This document shows positions 13,919-29,551 of a stretch of 64,000 bases of DNA, in pieces (position 1 is the stretch's first letter; each line of letters begins with the position of its first letter). The notes beneath the pieces are model-generated. The model did not search any database and had not been told where the DNA came from. It saw nothing but the letters and a program-made list of their open reading frames with translations. This stretch comes from Chrysomallon squamiferum (Eukaryota; Animalia; Mollusca). Where the stretch lies: assembly GCA_012295275.1 (NCBI GenBank), contig CM022671.1, positions 31,496,001 through 31,560,000 of the forward strand, given 5' to 3'. Both the position numbers and the translations under genes were made by a program.

Positions 13919-14811
13919 ATGTAATTCAAGGGATTATGATATCATACCTTTTTAGACATAACTTAAATCTTATCAGTTAATAAGGGAGGAGTTTCGGGGT
14001 TTTAATTTCCGCCCTTTGGCCCCGCCTTTATCATCTGAATAATCCTCACGTACGTAATTGTTCCGGTAATAGTAGCTGATTAGGAAAAAGAAAAAAAAGA
14101 AAAAGAAATAAGAAACAAAACCAGTGCGAGAGTCCCACTCAGGAAATGTATTCATTGTCATAGAAGAGATAGTTAAATTAGTTTTGTTCGTGCTGAAGAA
14201 AACATTGATTAAAAACATTAATATTATTTCGATCCACAACAGAAACCAACAAAAAGCGAAGAAACAAATAAATGAATAAATGAATAAATGAACGGAATGG
14301 AATTAGGTAAAACAATAAAAAAAAAAAAAAAAGAAGAGACAGACAGATATATAGATAGACAGACAAATACAGTACAAGATATAGACAAATGAAGAGACAA
14401 GACGGTAAAAACATCCAGACAAAGCAAACATTCATACACTACTATACTTTTATATTTCGTGTTTCTGTCGTTCTTGCATCGATTACAATGAATACATTTT
14501 CACGTTGAGTGTTTTGACTAAGCCATTAACGTTTTCCTCTTCTTATTTACCTTTATTTACGAGAGCTACTTTGTTCAAACCGAATGATAATTAATTAATG
14601 AACATATGTATTAGTATTCTGATCCTAGCTGTACAATTAAGGAACAAGAATAATGGAGACGACCAAAGTGTACTTCCTTATATTTTTATAATCATTGTAT
14701 TCTCTGATCTATCTTTTTTGTGTCTGTCTGTCTGTCTGTCTATCTATCTGCCTATCTATATCTTTTTAAATATATCATTTCTTTTCGTATTGTTTTTTCT
14801 ATTATCATCAT

Positions 14812-15245
14812 TTTTTTTATTACTATACTACTACTACTACTACTACTACTTACTACTGCTACTGCTATTACTACTACTACTACTATTACTCTACTACTGC
14901 TAATACTATTACTGGTACTACTAATATTGCTATTACTATTACCTCTAGTACTGTTACTATTATAATTATCATCATCATCATCATCATCATTATTATTATT
15001 ATTATTATTGTTATTGTTATTGTTATTATTATTATTATCTATTGTTGTTGTTATTATTATTTATTATTATGGTTATTATTATTAGTAGTAGTATTATTAT
15101 TATTATTATTATTATTGTTATTATTATTTTATTATTCTTGTTATTGTTATTGTTATTGTTATTATTCTTATTATTATTATTATTATTATTCTTGGCATTA
15201 TTATTATTATTGTTATTATTATTAGTATTATTGTTATTAGTATTA
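14812..15245. repeat. Compound (CTA)n/(ATC)n/(ATT,GTT)n trinucleotide array
   Basis: Directly visible. Confidence 0.95.
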
Positions 15246-15254
15246 TTCACTTCA

Positions 15255-15470
15255 CACTGACTCTCCCTTTTACTTCGACTTGCAACATCTCGAGACTGAG
15301 GCGCTGTGAACTCAGGATGTCGTGAGCACGTCGCAGGATGCGACCTGTCGTTCACGCACAGAATGTTACGTCTCGTTCGCCACGACGTTGGCTTAGGCGG
15401 GGCCGTTTAGTTTCGCGAAAGGGCAAGGCCGAATACGGTGCACGTATAACGGTTTTCTTTAACGCGACGT
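15255..15470. promoter_or_regulatory. CpG-rich island with GC-box and E2F-type palindrome
   Basis: AGGCGGGGCC near 15395 and TTTCGCGAAA at 15411-15420; dense CpG; bounded by (ATT)n and poly(A). Confidence 0.4.
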
Positions 15471-17192
15471 AAAAAAAAAAAAAAAAAAAAAACGGAAGAA
15501 AAAAGAAAGTTGCCATTCGGTATGTGGCGAGAGTCACATAGAAAATATTTCGATGCAAAAAGTTATTTACGTGTGAACACGGAAACACACACATAGAAAC
15601 AAGATAATAATGCAGTCAGAAAAATGTGTAAGATTAATATCTGTCAGTCGCTCTTGCCTCTGACGAATAGCAGAACTTGCGTCCATCGCAGACATGCTTG
15701 AACCTTCTCTGACGAAAACCTGTTCAGATGATCTCGTCCCACCGAACTCAGTTTTCATGTACGTTTGTCTGTGTGAACTTACATTTGTATATAATGTATG
15801 TGTGCATGTATGTATGTATGGATGTATGGATGTATGGATGTATGGATGGATATATGTACACGTACGTATGTATGTATGTATGTATCTATGTATTTAGTAT
15901 ATGTATGTAGGTATGTGTGTATGTGTGTGTGTGTATGTATAGCATAGTATATATATATATGTATGGATGGATGGATGGATGGATGGACGGGTGGATGGAT
16001 AGATGGATGTATTTAGTATGTATGTATGTAACATATACAAATTTATTCTATTCAGGCTGAAGTATATTTATTTTATTCACCTTATCGTGTTAACGCTGTG
16101 TAGATATTTTATCAGAGACTTGTGTCAATGGTCTGTAGATAACTGTAAACATTACGAACATCGTTAATTTCATCCGCTTTTCGTGTTGACAAATACTTCA
16201 TATCGTCGATGTGTTCCTTCGAAAGTCTCGGTAAACACTTAACCGTTACGTGTTTTCAGCTGTAATGACAAGACAGTTTTCAAATATATGCTGATATTCA
16301 ACCCGGCCGCCCATCATGGAATTCTTTTTTCTTTTTTTATTATTATTATTATTTTTTAATTTATATCTGTATATCGGTCAGGAGAGGAAAACACAAAATG
16401 TACATATTTTTTTATTATTATAAGCTGTGCTTGAAGTTTAATTGAATATATAAACTAATTTTAAATTGCAGAGATAAAAAAAAGAAAAAAGAACAAAGTT
16501 TGAGTTTCTTGAAGAACTGTTTCAGACATCTGGTAACGAAGCGTATTCGGTTTAGACACTGCTTTGAAACTGACTCGGTTTTCTTAATAAAAGATACTTT
16601 TCGCTAATTAGTCGTATTAAAAATGAAAAAAAATAAAATAAAATAAAATAAAATAAAATAAATAAATAAAATACGAAGTAGCATAGGTTTTTAAAAATAA
16701 ACGTATACACACTAAAACCACAATCATGAATAAACAACGATAAAACAAAAATTATAAACCAAAACAATAACAACATTTTTTTTTTTTTTTTTTCTTTCTC
16801 CAGCTTTCCAAAATACTACACTTCACCTTCCTTAAAATCATTAGACATCTGTTCACATACGATAAAATCGTGAATCACTCTTCTCTTCTGTACAGTACTT
16901 ACGTCTTGTTGATATAATCAGTCTAACCTCAGAAACATAACGTGTGTGTGTGTGTGTGCAGTTGCTTACGATGACCGGAAAAAAATCGTTGATGTTAATT
17001 ACACCATTTACATCTCCGTCTTCTTTCTTTTCTGTCATTTACACTTTTTCTTCTAAGGTTATTCTACTACTTCAGCTTTTACAAATATTAGTACCGCTGT
17101 TGACAAAAGACGACATGTTTTCTGTTATTATCACCAGCACTGTCACTCCAACCAAAGAACTAACTTAAGTATCAATAGCGCCATTATTATTA

Positions 17193-17382
17193 TTATTATC
17201 AACATTAAAACGCTGCTCTATAAAAGATTATTTTGTTATTATTGATTTCGCTGCTACTATTACTATAACCATTATAATTACTGTTAATGTTATTATCGTC
17301 ATTGATGTTATCATCAACATTAAAACGCTATATTATAAAAAAAAGATTATTTGGTTATTATTGATTCCACTGTATTACTATT
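17193..17382. repeat. Diverged two-copy duplication (period ~115-120 bp)
   Basis: atcaacattaaaacgct...aaaagattatttNgttattattgatt occurs twice. Confidence 0.75.
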
Positions 17383-17542
17383 ATTAATGTTAATGTTATT
17401 ATGGTTTTTGCTAAGACCATCGCTGTCAGTATCAAAACTCTTGATCATATTACTAATACTACATCCTTTTCACAATCTCTGTTATTATAACACAGCTACC
17501 CAACAATTCTACACTGCTGTTACGACATCAGTTACGGTATCC

Positions 17543-17556
17543 GTCGTTATGGCAAC
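17543..17556. promoter_or_regulatory. RFX X-box
   Basis: GTCGTTATGGCAAC fits the X-box pattern GTHNYYATRRNAAC. Confidence 0.4.
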
Positions 17557-17842
17557 GACAACAACGCCACTTCTACAATCAGAACATCTTTACCTGTAAT
17601 TTCTGAAACTACTACTTTCACCTTTTTCAAGTGCTACAACTACTACCACTATCGCGAGAACAATAGTAATAGCAACAGTATCAAACTGTACTACAACTAC
17701 GACAACTACCATCACAACGATCACCACCGTTACTATTCTTGTGTGGATGGATTTTCGGCCGATTCTGTTCTGATGTCAATAATAAATTAGGGAATCGAAC
17801 AAATTAAACCAAATCAAAGTAGTAATAGTAGTAATAGTAGTA

Positions 17843-17876
<34 letters not shown>

Positions 17877-18036
17877 CAACAACAACAACAACAATAACAG
17901 TAATAATAATAACAATAACAACAATAACAATGACGATGACGACGACGATGATAATAATATAATAAAATGAAAATTATCAGTTTATCAAAGACAATAATCT
18001 TAAACCTCAAAATGTTTTTTCAAAGTAAATATCAGA

Positions 18037-18067
<31 letters not shown>

Positions 18068-18711
18068 CAAAACAGTTTGTTTCATTTTAACTCCTATTTC
18101 TTCTCTCTCTCTCTCTTTTTTTTTTTTTTTTTTTTTTTTAATTTTTTTTCCACTTTGTCGCCAGTCAGCTATGATAATTAAGGACTGACAAGTTTGTTTT
18201 CTAAAGTCCACGCCACTTTTGACCACATTACTCGCATGCCGGCGCTAATAAAAAGCTCTCTTTTGTTTTTATACGAAAAACCACACAGGATCAAGCGAAA
18301 CGCGCCAACGTGTAGCTATGTGGGAAACCTAGCAACAAGCATTAACTCTGGAATTCAATGGGGAATCATCACAAATCCACTTTAATTACAACCGCGAAAG
18401 ACAAAAACGAATTTTTTTTTTTTCAGACACCGGTAAACAGACGAACTTGTTCGTTTATTGTGTGTGTGTGTGTGTTTTGATTTTTTTTTCTCTAGAGCTT
18501 GTGAGGCACGCGCGTGTGTTTTCATCATGGCCTCGACATTGTATCAATACGTTTCAGTGAACAGTTAATCCAAGTTTTGCTCTACGCTGATCCTCGGCAG
18601 CCATTCTGAATTCTGATTAGGCCACCGTGTATTTTCCGTCTCATTTCCTGCGAGGAAAGTAATTCCTTGTTGACTTTTTACATGTCCTCCATTTTAATTA
18701 CATGCTTGTAT

Positions 18712-18748
18712 ACAAACACACATATATGTGTATACACACACACACACA

Positions 18749-18786
<38 letters not shown>

Positions 18787-19085
18787 AACACATATGTATT
18801 TATAAAAACATAGGCTATATGCATACGTACATACATAAATATATGAACATACATACATACATACATACGTACGTACGTACATACGTACACACATTAATAT
18901 ATGAATATATGCAGGCATATACACAGAGAGAACACAGATTTATACATTTAAATACGTATACACACACACACACATATATATATATTCCCTCCTTCTCTCC
19001 CTCCCTCTCTCCATGTATCCATCCATTCACCCATCTATCCACCCATCTACCCATCCACCCTTCATCCATCCACTGTCATTCCACC
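18712..19085. repeat. (CA)n/(CATA)n/(CCAT)n compound microsatellite
   Basis: Directly visible. Confidence 0.9.
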
Positions 19086-19427
19086 ACCCGTCCATGTGTC
19101 CACATATTCCGGGATCATTCTGTGGATCTAGACTAGACGCGAAGGACGAGCGACACAATACGACAGGCACTTTAAGGAGACAGACACATCAACCTGACAG
19201 TTAATACTGCACTGTAACGAGCAAGCCAGGTGTTAAGATTTGTCAGTGTGTGTGTGTGCTGGTTTAACGTGACAGGCTGAAGTAGCGCTAACGTCTAGCG
19301 ATATCACAGTGACACGTTCGTAACGTTTACGACATTTTGTGACACACTTTCTCGTTAGTGCAGTTTAGATAGAGTAGATTCGTTTTCTCTTCCTCAAGCG
19401 TTTAAGTGATATTTAAAATATAGTCTT

Positions 19428-19458
<31 letters not shown>

Positions 19459-19778
19459 CCCCGTGTGTTTATAGCGAGACAAATTTAGAAATGTATAGAT
19501 GTATAGTGGATATACAAATACTAATACCACCGCAAGCTTCATTAACACAACCAACAACCATGACTACTACATCGAATGCTACTATTATTACACAAGCTGT
19601 TATTATTACTGTTTATCCTAATTCTCTACAACAACTACTACAACTTCTATGACTAGTACTATTACTACTACTGCTACTACTACAACTGCCACCACCACCA
19701 CCACCACCACCACTGCCACTACCTCTACTAACACCAATAACAATAACGATGACAACAACACCAACAGTAGTAGTAGTA

Positions 19779-19823
<45 letters not shown>

Positions 19824-20396
19824 TGCATGTCCCACGCTCACTTTAATTTTTCTTTCTTTTTTCTTTTTTTTTTTTTTCTTTTTTTTTTTTATTATTCAAT
19901 TATTTTAAATCAGGATGTCACGTTATTAAATTCAGTAATACCAAGTTATTCATAATATTTTAATTTATTTATCCGTAATACAAAGCGGACTCCTCCCTTA
20001 TTATTATTAAATTCACCGACGATACACAAACATTTGACAAATACTTCAGCATGCATGGCCTGCCTATCTTCTGTCGACTGAAGAGCGAATGGAATTTTTA
20101 AATCTCTTTGCCGGTAAAGCGTCATCAAAACACTCGAAGATTAAAGTAGTTTGACACTGAATGGCCAGACGCGGATTTTACCGTTACGTCAAGCTGCCGT
20201 CAGCCAATCAGAAACGACGTTTAAATTGTCCCCGGATAGCAAATACGTTGCAGACTGTTATGAACGGTGAATTAGCAATTAATCCATGTCGTGAGAATTT
20301 TAACAATTTTATCTTGATTTCCTGGATGTCAATGGAACGCGCATCATGGTTTTTATCGTCACTGCGGAAATACGTGTTTACTAAGTTAGCCGCTTT

Positions 20397-20398
<2 letters not shown>

Positions 20399-20451
<53 letters not shown>

Positions 20452-20930
20452 TTGTTTATATGTTTGTATGTATGTATGTACGTATGTACATATGTATGTA
20501 TATGTATGTATGTATAGGTGTGTGTATGTGTTTGTGTGTGTGTTTCGTTGTCCTTGTTTATATGTATGTATATATGTATGTATGTATGTATGTATGTGTG
20601 TATGTATGTGTGTGTGTGTGTGTATATAAAATATATTTGTGTGCGTGTGTGTGTTGTCCTTGTTTATATGTTTGTATGTATGTATGTATGTATGTGTATG
20701 TATGTATGTATGTATGTATGGGTTTGTGTATGGGTGTGTGTGTGTGTTTGTGTGTATGTTTCTTTGTCCTTGTTTATGCGTGTGTTTGTGTGTGTGTTTC
20801 TTTGTCCTTGTATGTATTGTGTGTGTATGAATCATGTATGAATGTATGTATGTAAAAATATATATCTATGTATGTGTGTGTATGCATGTATGTAAGTATG
20901 TATGTATATTTACATAAATGTATGTGCATA
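20399..20930. repeat. (TG)n/(TATG)n array with recurring GTCCTTGT(TTAT) anchor, ~105-bp higher-order unit
   Basis: Anchors at 20448, 20550, 20656, 20766 and 20804. Confidence 0.9.
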
Positions 20931-21148
20931 GAGATAGAGTGAAAGGCAGAAAGGCAGAAAGACACGGATAGGGCGGGGTGGGGAGAGCCAGAGCGGTTGT
21001 GGTTTCTGTCAGAGTTTATAATACTTTGTTTAACACCCCAAAACCACAGATCCGGAACAGATAATTTCTAGAGTACAGAGTAACCACATAAACTGAAATA
21101 AACCCATTTCTAGAGCCTACAAAACAAAACCAGATTTTAGCATTACCA

Positions 21149-21260
<112 letters not shown>

Positions 21261-21732
21261 TCTTTCCATTTACTTTTTTTTACCTGCTGACTCAGATATT
21301 GTAAAGTAATATAGAAACTTTTTTTTTTCCCTTAAGACAGTTTTTATCAGATCGTCACATAAATAGAAACACGAGAACAATAAACAAACAACGAAACAAA
21401 ACAAAACAAAGAAAAAGAACAAGGCAATAAAAGTTGATGTGAACGCTGATGACGTCGTCTCCTGTCATTCAGAAGTGTTCAAATTAGTTTTAAGTGTTAC
21501 ACATGTCGTTGACCGGTTTGTCAATGGAAGATGACAAGACACGAAAATGAGAAGCTGTCAAGCCGTGCAGGATTTATGAATGAATCTGAATGTTTCGAAA
21601 AAACGTCATTAAAACTAAAATAACAGCACTCTATCACAAAACTGACTGCCTCTGCATGAGATAAGTCTTAAATGATTGCCGGTGTTGTGATCTACCTGAC
21701 AAAGTAAAAAAAAATTCTTTTAATCTCTGTTG

Positions 21733-21764
<32 letters not shown>

Positions 21765-21913
21765 TATATATTTTAAAATAATAGTTTTTCTGATGTGCAT
21801 TATTCTGAGTTTTATTTCGTGTATTTTGTAACTGAATACAAAGTCTACGTTGTGTTGTATGCCATATATTTGTTGCAGTTCTGGTAGACACATACATATA
21901 CGCATTAGACATA

Positions 21914-21964
<51 letters not shown>

Positions 21965-24010
21965 CATACATAGGTAATAATGACACATGTACACTTAAAA
22001 TCGTTGTAAAATTGAGTATAAAGAGTTTTATATAGCTTCTTTTCTTTTTTTTTTTTCTTTTTTTTATCTAATTTGAAGATATTAATCTGTTTGTAAGTTA
22101 ATAACAATCATCTATGTTGTGTTGTTTTCTGTATCTAATCATCATCATCATCGTCAACGTCATTTTCATCACCTCCATGACCCAAGAAGCCATCACACAA
22201 ATTAGCGACATCTCCACCACCATCACCACTGCGACATCAATGTATTTTTTACATCTTCGGACGACAGCTACAGAAAGTTCAGTTTTATCTGTGAAACAAC
22301 ATGGGGGAAAGGATAAAAATAATAAATAAATTTAAAAACAAAAAACCCCAAAAAAACCCAGACTGATACTGATGACAACATAATGAAGGACATGATGACC
22401 ATCCAGACAAGAAGACAAGATAATTGTTTATCTTTAGAAATAATAGAGAGCTCAATGAGGATCACGATCTCGAACACGTCCATTTCGGTTTTAATTTAAG
22501 AATCTCCGTAGCCAAGAATAGGTCTTCATCTTTAACCAAATCGACGTTAATACTGGAAGCAGAAAACGTTTTAAGAATAATGTCGCCGTTATGTTGTCAG
22601 AGACGAAATATCACTCCATTAACTTGAAAAGATCATATTCATTGAGGGGGAAAAAAACCAAAAACCAAATGGCTCCCACTAAAATATGGCGTCGGCGTAA
22701 TTGATGTTGAAATAAGCTGCCAACGTAGTTGTTGTGTCTGTGAGAGATTTCATTCTGACTGTCTCCTGTTTGTTTTCATTTCAGAACAAAATACTTTACT
22801 GTCTAAAATTATTTAGTTGAAACTATAGCATATCTATATAATATATATATATATCAAATAAATAATAACTGTCAAGAATGACAAAGAATGAGAGACAGAA
22901 CTATACAGAAAACAGCAATACATTAAGATTTTTTTATGCGGATCATTAAATTAATTATTTATAATATCAATAATTAAAAAGCAAAAAAAAAAAACAAACA
23001 TATCTTATTTGTTGCAAATTCGCAGAAAAAAAGTGTCTAAGGAAAACTAAACTGACAATTTCATAAAAAATTATCGATTCATAAGAAAATGTTTCCAAAG
23101 ATTACGAACTAGTTGACTCGAAAAGGGTCAATAAAAGTGAACTTTGAGTAAAAAGTATTTGTTTGATTTCACAGGGAGTCTTCTTATTTAATAAGAAGTA
23201 ATACTTCCTAAACGAAGCGGAATGCTTTAAGTATGTAAACTATATAGGATGTCAATGAATATGTCCTTGTGATTATTATATATAGTATATATATATGCGT
23301 GTGTTTGTGTTATTACTCTCTCTCTCTCTCTGTCTGTCTGTCTGTCTGTCTCTCTCTCCCCTTAATAAAAGAATTAACATAAACAAGTAATTATTTATAT
23401 TAAAATAATTATAATAATAATATTAAAATAAAAAAAAAAAAACAAAATAATAAAACAACCTGGAGGGGATATTAAAACGAATGGGACGTGCATGTGTGGG
23501 TGTTCGAAAATTTTCTCAATCAGATTAACTACCGACTAAAAAATGTAATTACGAACTACTCCAAAATATTTAATTATTACTGAACGGAAATAATAGTACG
23601 TGACTTTCCTCTGGGGTCCCCGAATCAACTACCACCCACACTCCCTCCTCAACCCCCAAGTAATAATTTGTCTAATGACCCTCAGTCGATGTTAACTACT
23701 TCAGTGTCCCATTGTCTTGTCTTTTTGTCGGGATGTGAAACTGTAAAATGATTACTGATCATGAATTATGAGACTTACACATCAGTTTTGCCGGATGCTT
23801 TCGTTTATTTATACAAATAATATCTTGAGGGCAGGAATTTGTTTCTATATGTAGCTAAAACTCTCTGTGATATGTCACTGTTTTATTAATTACGTACACG
23901 CAATTTAAAACAACATATATGTGTACATGATTGTTCAGATCTAAATTTGTAAATTCACTGCCGTACTTTTAAATTGTTTTGGTCTTTTTGTTGTTGTTTT
24001 TTCTCTTTTT

Positions 24011-24115
<105 letters not shown>

Positions 24116-24475
24116 TCGCGTCGATAATTCCTATTCCTTTCTCTTATACCTTCATTCCTCCCTACTCCTGTTTTCTTCATTCATTTGCTCATGTTTTTAT
24201 CTGTCCATCAGAATCGGTTTTCCTGAGTTAGTTTTTATGTATCCGTCTATATAAAGAGCTCACTTGCAAAAAAGCCTTAGATCCACTTTTGTCAAAATGT
24301 TAGCACTGCGTTATTGTGATTAATCGTTGCTTTACGATGACAAACCTAATTAGTTATAAAATAAGTGACATCCAGTAATAAAGGGCCACTGTATCATTAG
24401 TGCAATAGTATTGAAATCCTATTCATTTTAATTTATTTATTTATTTATATATTTATTTTGTTTTATTTATTTATT

Positions 24476-24525
<50 letters not shown>

Positions 24526-25699
24526 GCATTCTATTTTATTTTTTTTTTTTTATTTTTTTTTATTTTAATATTTTTATTGCTTTAAAAGTGATAAATTGTC
24601 TATCAGCTTTTTATATTCATCAACATCACTATCTGAAAATCGTGCTGTTGAGTTTGTTCAGTTTTCCTCGTTTCATCATCAGTTTTATTTTTAAAAATAA
24701 TTTTTTTTATGCATCGGTTATTACGTAAGACACGTACATATAAAACTATATCTCGCGGGTATATATCCTATTTCTATATTTGGAAATGAATATTTGTGAT
24801 TTGTCACACTTTATTAATTAGGAACACAAACGTAATTGTATGAATGAATTTGGGTCTGTGGATTTAATTTTATTTCTGTCAATTCAGCCTTTTGACTGTC
24901 TTTTTAATTTAGCTTTCTATTTCATGTGCCTGTCAATGTGTTCGTCTGTATTTGATATAGATAAACAGACAGACAGACAGACAGATAGACAGAGATTGAG
25001 AGAGATAAAAGACAAGACTGAGACTGGGTGTGGTGTATGTACGTGTATGTATCTGTATTTCATGTCAGTATACGCATATATACGAAACTAAATCACACGT
25101 ACAATAATGTTCGATCTAAATCTTTTTAAATAAAAATCATGGCTATACGATTTTTCTTAACTTCGTGCCATGAAATATTATTTTTCTTCAAAAGTGAAAT
25201 TGTCAATGATTTTTTGTTGGTGTTTTTTTTCTCAAAAATTAAATAAAGAATTCATTTTTTTTTTTTTTTTTTTTTGTAACTATAAAGGAGTTCAGCAGCA
25301 TTGACTAAACTCTTAAACTCGTCGAATTTTGTCGCTGCAAACTCATTCACTGGAAAAACAAGGACAAATATTTTAGTTAGGTTGGGAACGAGTCTCAAAG
25401 ACGAGTTAAGTTTGCTCTGCGCATACAGGAAGTAAGCGACTGGCTTTGTAAATGTGCTACGCCGTCAGGTGTAGCGAATTCTCACTCGGGTTAAAAACGA
25501 ATACGAAAAAGAAAAGACACATGTTGAAATCAATGAAGTTGAAAACAAAGACGAAGCTGTGTAAATTTGATTTTCTCTCGTTTTGTCGTTAATACGGATT
25601 GTCTCTTTTTGTGTGAATAAATGATTTCGTAGCTTGTTTAAGTGTTCTGATAAACAAAACAAAACAAAAATTAAAATAGGAAAGAAAACGAAAAATAAA

Positions 25700-25745
<46 letters not shown>

Positions 25746-26279
25746 GTATAAAGATATTATTTTTAAAAATGACGGGAAAAGGTCGTTCCGTTTTTAGGAC
25801 AAAAAAAAAAAAAAAATGAAATAAGATAAAAAGAATCAATATTTAAACTGTAACAAGAACGCATGAAAAAAATTTTCTTTTACTTTTTCTATTTTTAATT
25901 TAAAAAATCATTCTTTCTTTCTTTTTTTCTTTTTTTCTCACATCCTTCGTTTGTTTTAACGTCTTGCAGGCGTAGAACTATTGAGTTCTAGCGGATCTCA
26001 AACCGTCTGCTAACGAATGTATTATTATAATTTTTCTCATTACGTATGTGAAATAATGTTCTGTGATCTTCTTGCACACTCAGTTAAACCGTATATTTAT
26101 TCACACCATTGAAATTAAGACTTTATAAAGACAAACAGCCAGCTTTAGAGATACTCTGACCATGTATCTGGACTGCCAGGATCTTGGATTTTATTTTTCC
26201 TTCTCCATGTCATTTTCTTTACGTTATCATTTTCATCTTATTCTAGTCATCATTATGATTATTTATACCATTATAATAA

Positions 26280-26590
26280 TTTCCTTCACATCATCATCAT
26301 TAATATCATTATTATCATCTTCAACAATAACATCATATTAACATCACTGTAATAGTTTTATCACATCAGCGTCATCACCGTCAATATCATCATCATCGTC
26401 ATCTGCATATCATCATCAAGGGGTCATCATCATCATCATCATCATCATCATATATCATCAGCATCATCTTCTTCATACCAACATCATCATTATCTTCATA
26501 ATCGTCAACGTTATCTTCACAGCACTGTCACCATCATCATCATCATCATCATCTCCACAACATCGTTTTTATCATCATCTTCAGCTTTAT
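26280..26590. repeat. Degenerate (CAT)n array
   Basis: Directly visible, interrupted. Confidence 0.85.
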
Positions 26591-26635
26591 CTTCATACGT
26601 TGTACTCACTAGATCTTATGATGACATGTTAATTC

Positions 26636-26646
26636 ATGAGTCAGCA
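26636..26646 (+). promoter_or_regulatory. Antioxidant response element (CNC-sMaf type)
   Basis: ATGAGTCAGCA followed by aact, matching RTGASTCAGCA. Confidence 0.4.
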
Positions 26647-26808
26647 AACTTTCACAAATTCAGAAACCACAGAAATATAATATTAAATCAGAATTTTGGA
26701 AGGAGCATAAATAAATAAATAAATAAATAAATAATCGCAGGATAATTGTCTCTTGGATTCTTACTTGTACATAGGTTTAACATTTTAAAGACAGGATTAA
26801 TTTTCCTT

Positions 26809-26843
<35 letters not shown>

Positions 26844-27404
26844 TAATAGTTACGTCAGACGATCTATTTTGTCCAGCGGATATTGCTACGGCTTCGAACT
26901 AATTGCACCTAACAGTTTAACGTTACGAATCAAGTACTCAGTCTGAATAGGTTAGGAGAGCAAGTTGATTGATTATACTACACCACTGTGTCTTTTCGCT
27001 CGTGTTGTTATTGTTAGCGCGATGTCAGAGCCTAATTCTGCTTGCGATATTAGCTTTGGGTGAAATTTTGGCTTTTCCATCAATTAGCTGAAAGCATACA
27101 GAGAAATTCTGAAGCACCGATTAGCTGGAGGCAAAATTAATGTGCACGTGCAAGTCCATTTACTGGTGCAGGTAAGGTCAGGTGTACTTTATGAAGCGAA
27201 AGGTTGCAGATATAAAGAGATAATCTTATGGTTGCATGTGTCAAATGAAGACTATGATGTATGTGCTATTACCCAGTCATGTCTGTACACCTGGGTGTTT
27301 GTTTATTTGTCTGTCTCTTAGTATATATATATATAATGAAAACAAATAGAAATGCAGTTCGAACAGAATATATAATTATATGTAGATAGGATGACACGTG
27401 CATG

Positions 27405-27477
<73 letters not shown>

Positions 27478-28181
27478 ATATAGATACATATGCATATATA
27501 TACAAACTTACAAACATACACCAAAATGCTAATAAACTCATATCTATATAAAAGCATAATAAATGATTTATTTTATTTATTTATTTATTTATTCATTCAT
27601 TCATTGTTGTTATTATTATTATTATTTTTTTTTTTTTTAATTAAATCCTAAAACCCATTTTCTAAATATTTTTCCATTAAGCGCTAAAAACTGAAGAAGT
27701 CCCTGCACAATGAACTTATTTTATGTAGGTAATGTAATATACATTCTTACTTACATACTATCTTTAAATTTAATTATTCTTACCTGTACATATGGAAGAG
27801 TGTTTGAAATTTAAAACAACAAAATTCGCACAAAACGTTAACCAGAATTTTAATTAATTTATAAAAGAATCATAAATAGAAAGTAAATTAAACTGAAAGG
27901 AAAAACGTTTTTAAAAATTAATTCAATCAACGTAAACGAATTAAATAGAAAAAAAAAAAACAAACAAACAAACGAACAACAACAACAAAAAAAAAAAAAT
28001 AAAAGAATAAAAAAAAAAACTTGTTCGTAAATGAACCTGATTAAATTACTAAAACAAAACGAAAGAATGAAACAAAGAAACGAGAAAAAAAAAATGCAAA
28101 TGAGGGAAAGAAAAAATATAAAGAGAACGTATATAAATAAATATGAATCACGATGATGAAATGATGATGATGATGATGATG

Positions 28182-28222
<41 letters not shown>

Positions 28223-29512
28223 ACAAAAATAATAATAATAATAACAATAATAATAAAACAATAAATAATAAAAAAATAATGAATAAAATAAAAAAAAAAA
28301 AAAATAAATAAAAATAAATAAATAAATAAATAAATAAAAAAAAATATATAAAAATAAGAATATATATGGACCAAACAACAACCTCTTTATGTCAAACACT
28401 TGAAAGCCCCCGAAAAAAACATTAAAAAAAACAACAACAAGAAAACCCCCACAAAAAACGACAAACTAACAACAACAACAAAAAAAAAAAAAAAAAAAAA
28501 AACAACAATAAAAAGAATACTTCAGGTTTCGCTGTCACCTGTACAGTTTCGACAGCTATTTGTATCACGTAGGCTGGCACGTAGAATCCCAACGCGTCTC
28601 ATACGAGCCTGTATGTGTCATAACCATGATCACCTTTCCTACCTTCACAGGTAAAGTTTTATTTAAGAAAACAACAATCCTCTGACGTGGTTAACGTTTC
28701 GGGAGCCTGTTAGGGCAAACGGTCTGGGTCATGCTAATGAAGGCGAGGTGAGAGCACACGAAAGGTAAAAAAAAAAAAAAAAAAAAAAAAAAATACCCAA
28801 CAAAACTGTAGGTTAAATAAAATTCTATTGTCGCGTTTTTTTTTTTTTTTTTTTGCCTTAAATCTTGCATGGTTGACATCTAATGACATGCTGTCTTTGG
28901 AGCTAGCCGATTTTCAAAGCGTTTTATCAAAAGTCGTGTCTCGTAATAGGCTGAACGGTGTAATCCCCGCGTTTAGAGCTGTCACAATAAATTTGTCTAT
29001 CTCGAAACGAACACCTTTTTTTTTCTTCTTCTTCTTCTTCTTTTTTTTTTTTTTTCTTTTTTTTTTTTTTTTTATTGTGTTGTGTTAAACGACTTGAAGA
29101 GAGTCCTTCTTCTTTCAATACGCCGTGTGGTCTGGCAATGATGTTTTTTTTTTTTTTTTTTTTGTCTTTCAAAAAGGTATCATCTTGACGGAGGAAATCT
29201 GATATTTAAATTATTGTCATCTGTTCTGCAGTGTTCACAGATCTGAGTGTTTTTGTAAAAAAAAAAAAGTTTCTCGTGAGCTTTTTAACTGCTCCAGGAA
29301 TTAGGATGCGTTTACAAATAGGTGGTTATAACAGCAACACGTGCTCGGGGTTACCCTTATGAACACAGGGGCGCAAGCAGACGAACAAAAGACGGTACTA
29401 AAAGTCGAGCTAATTACAACAGAGTCGGAGAGCAAAGGTTAATGCGGGTCTGTGGCGCACTAAATAAAATAAACGATAATGAGACGGCAGATCGCTGTTA
29501 AAGGTATAATCC

Positions 29513-29551
<39 letters not shown>

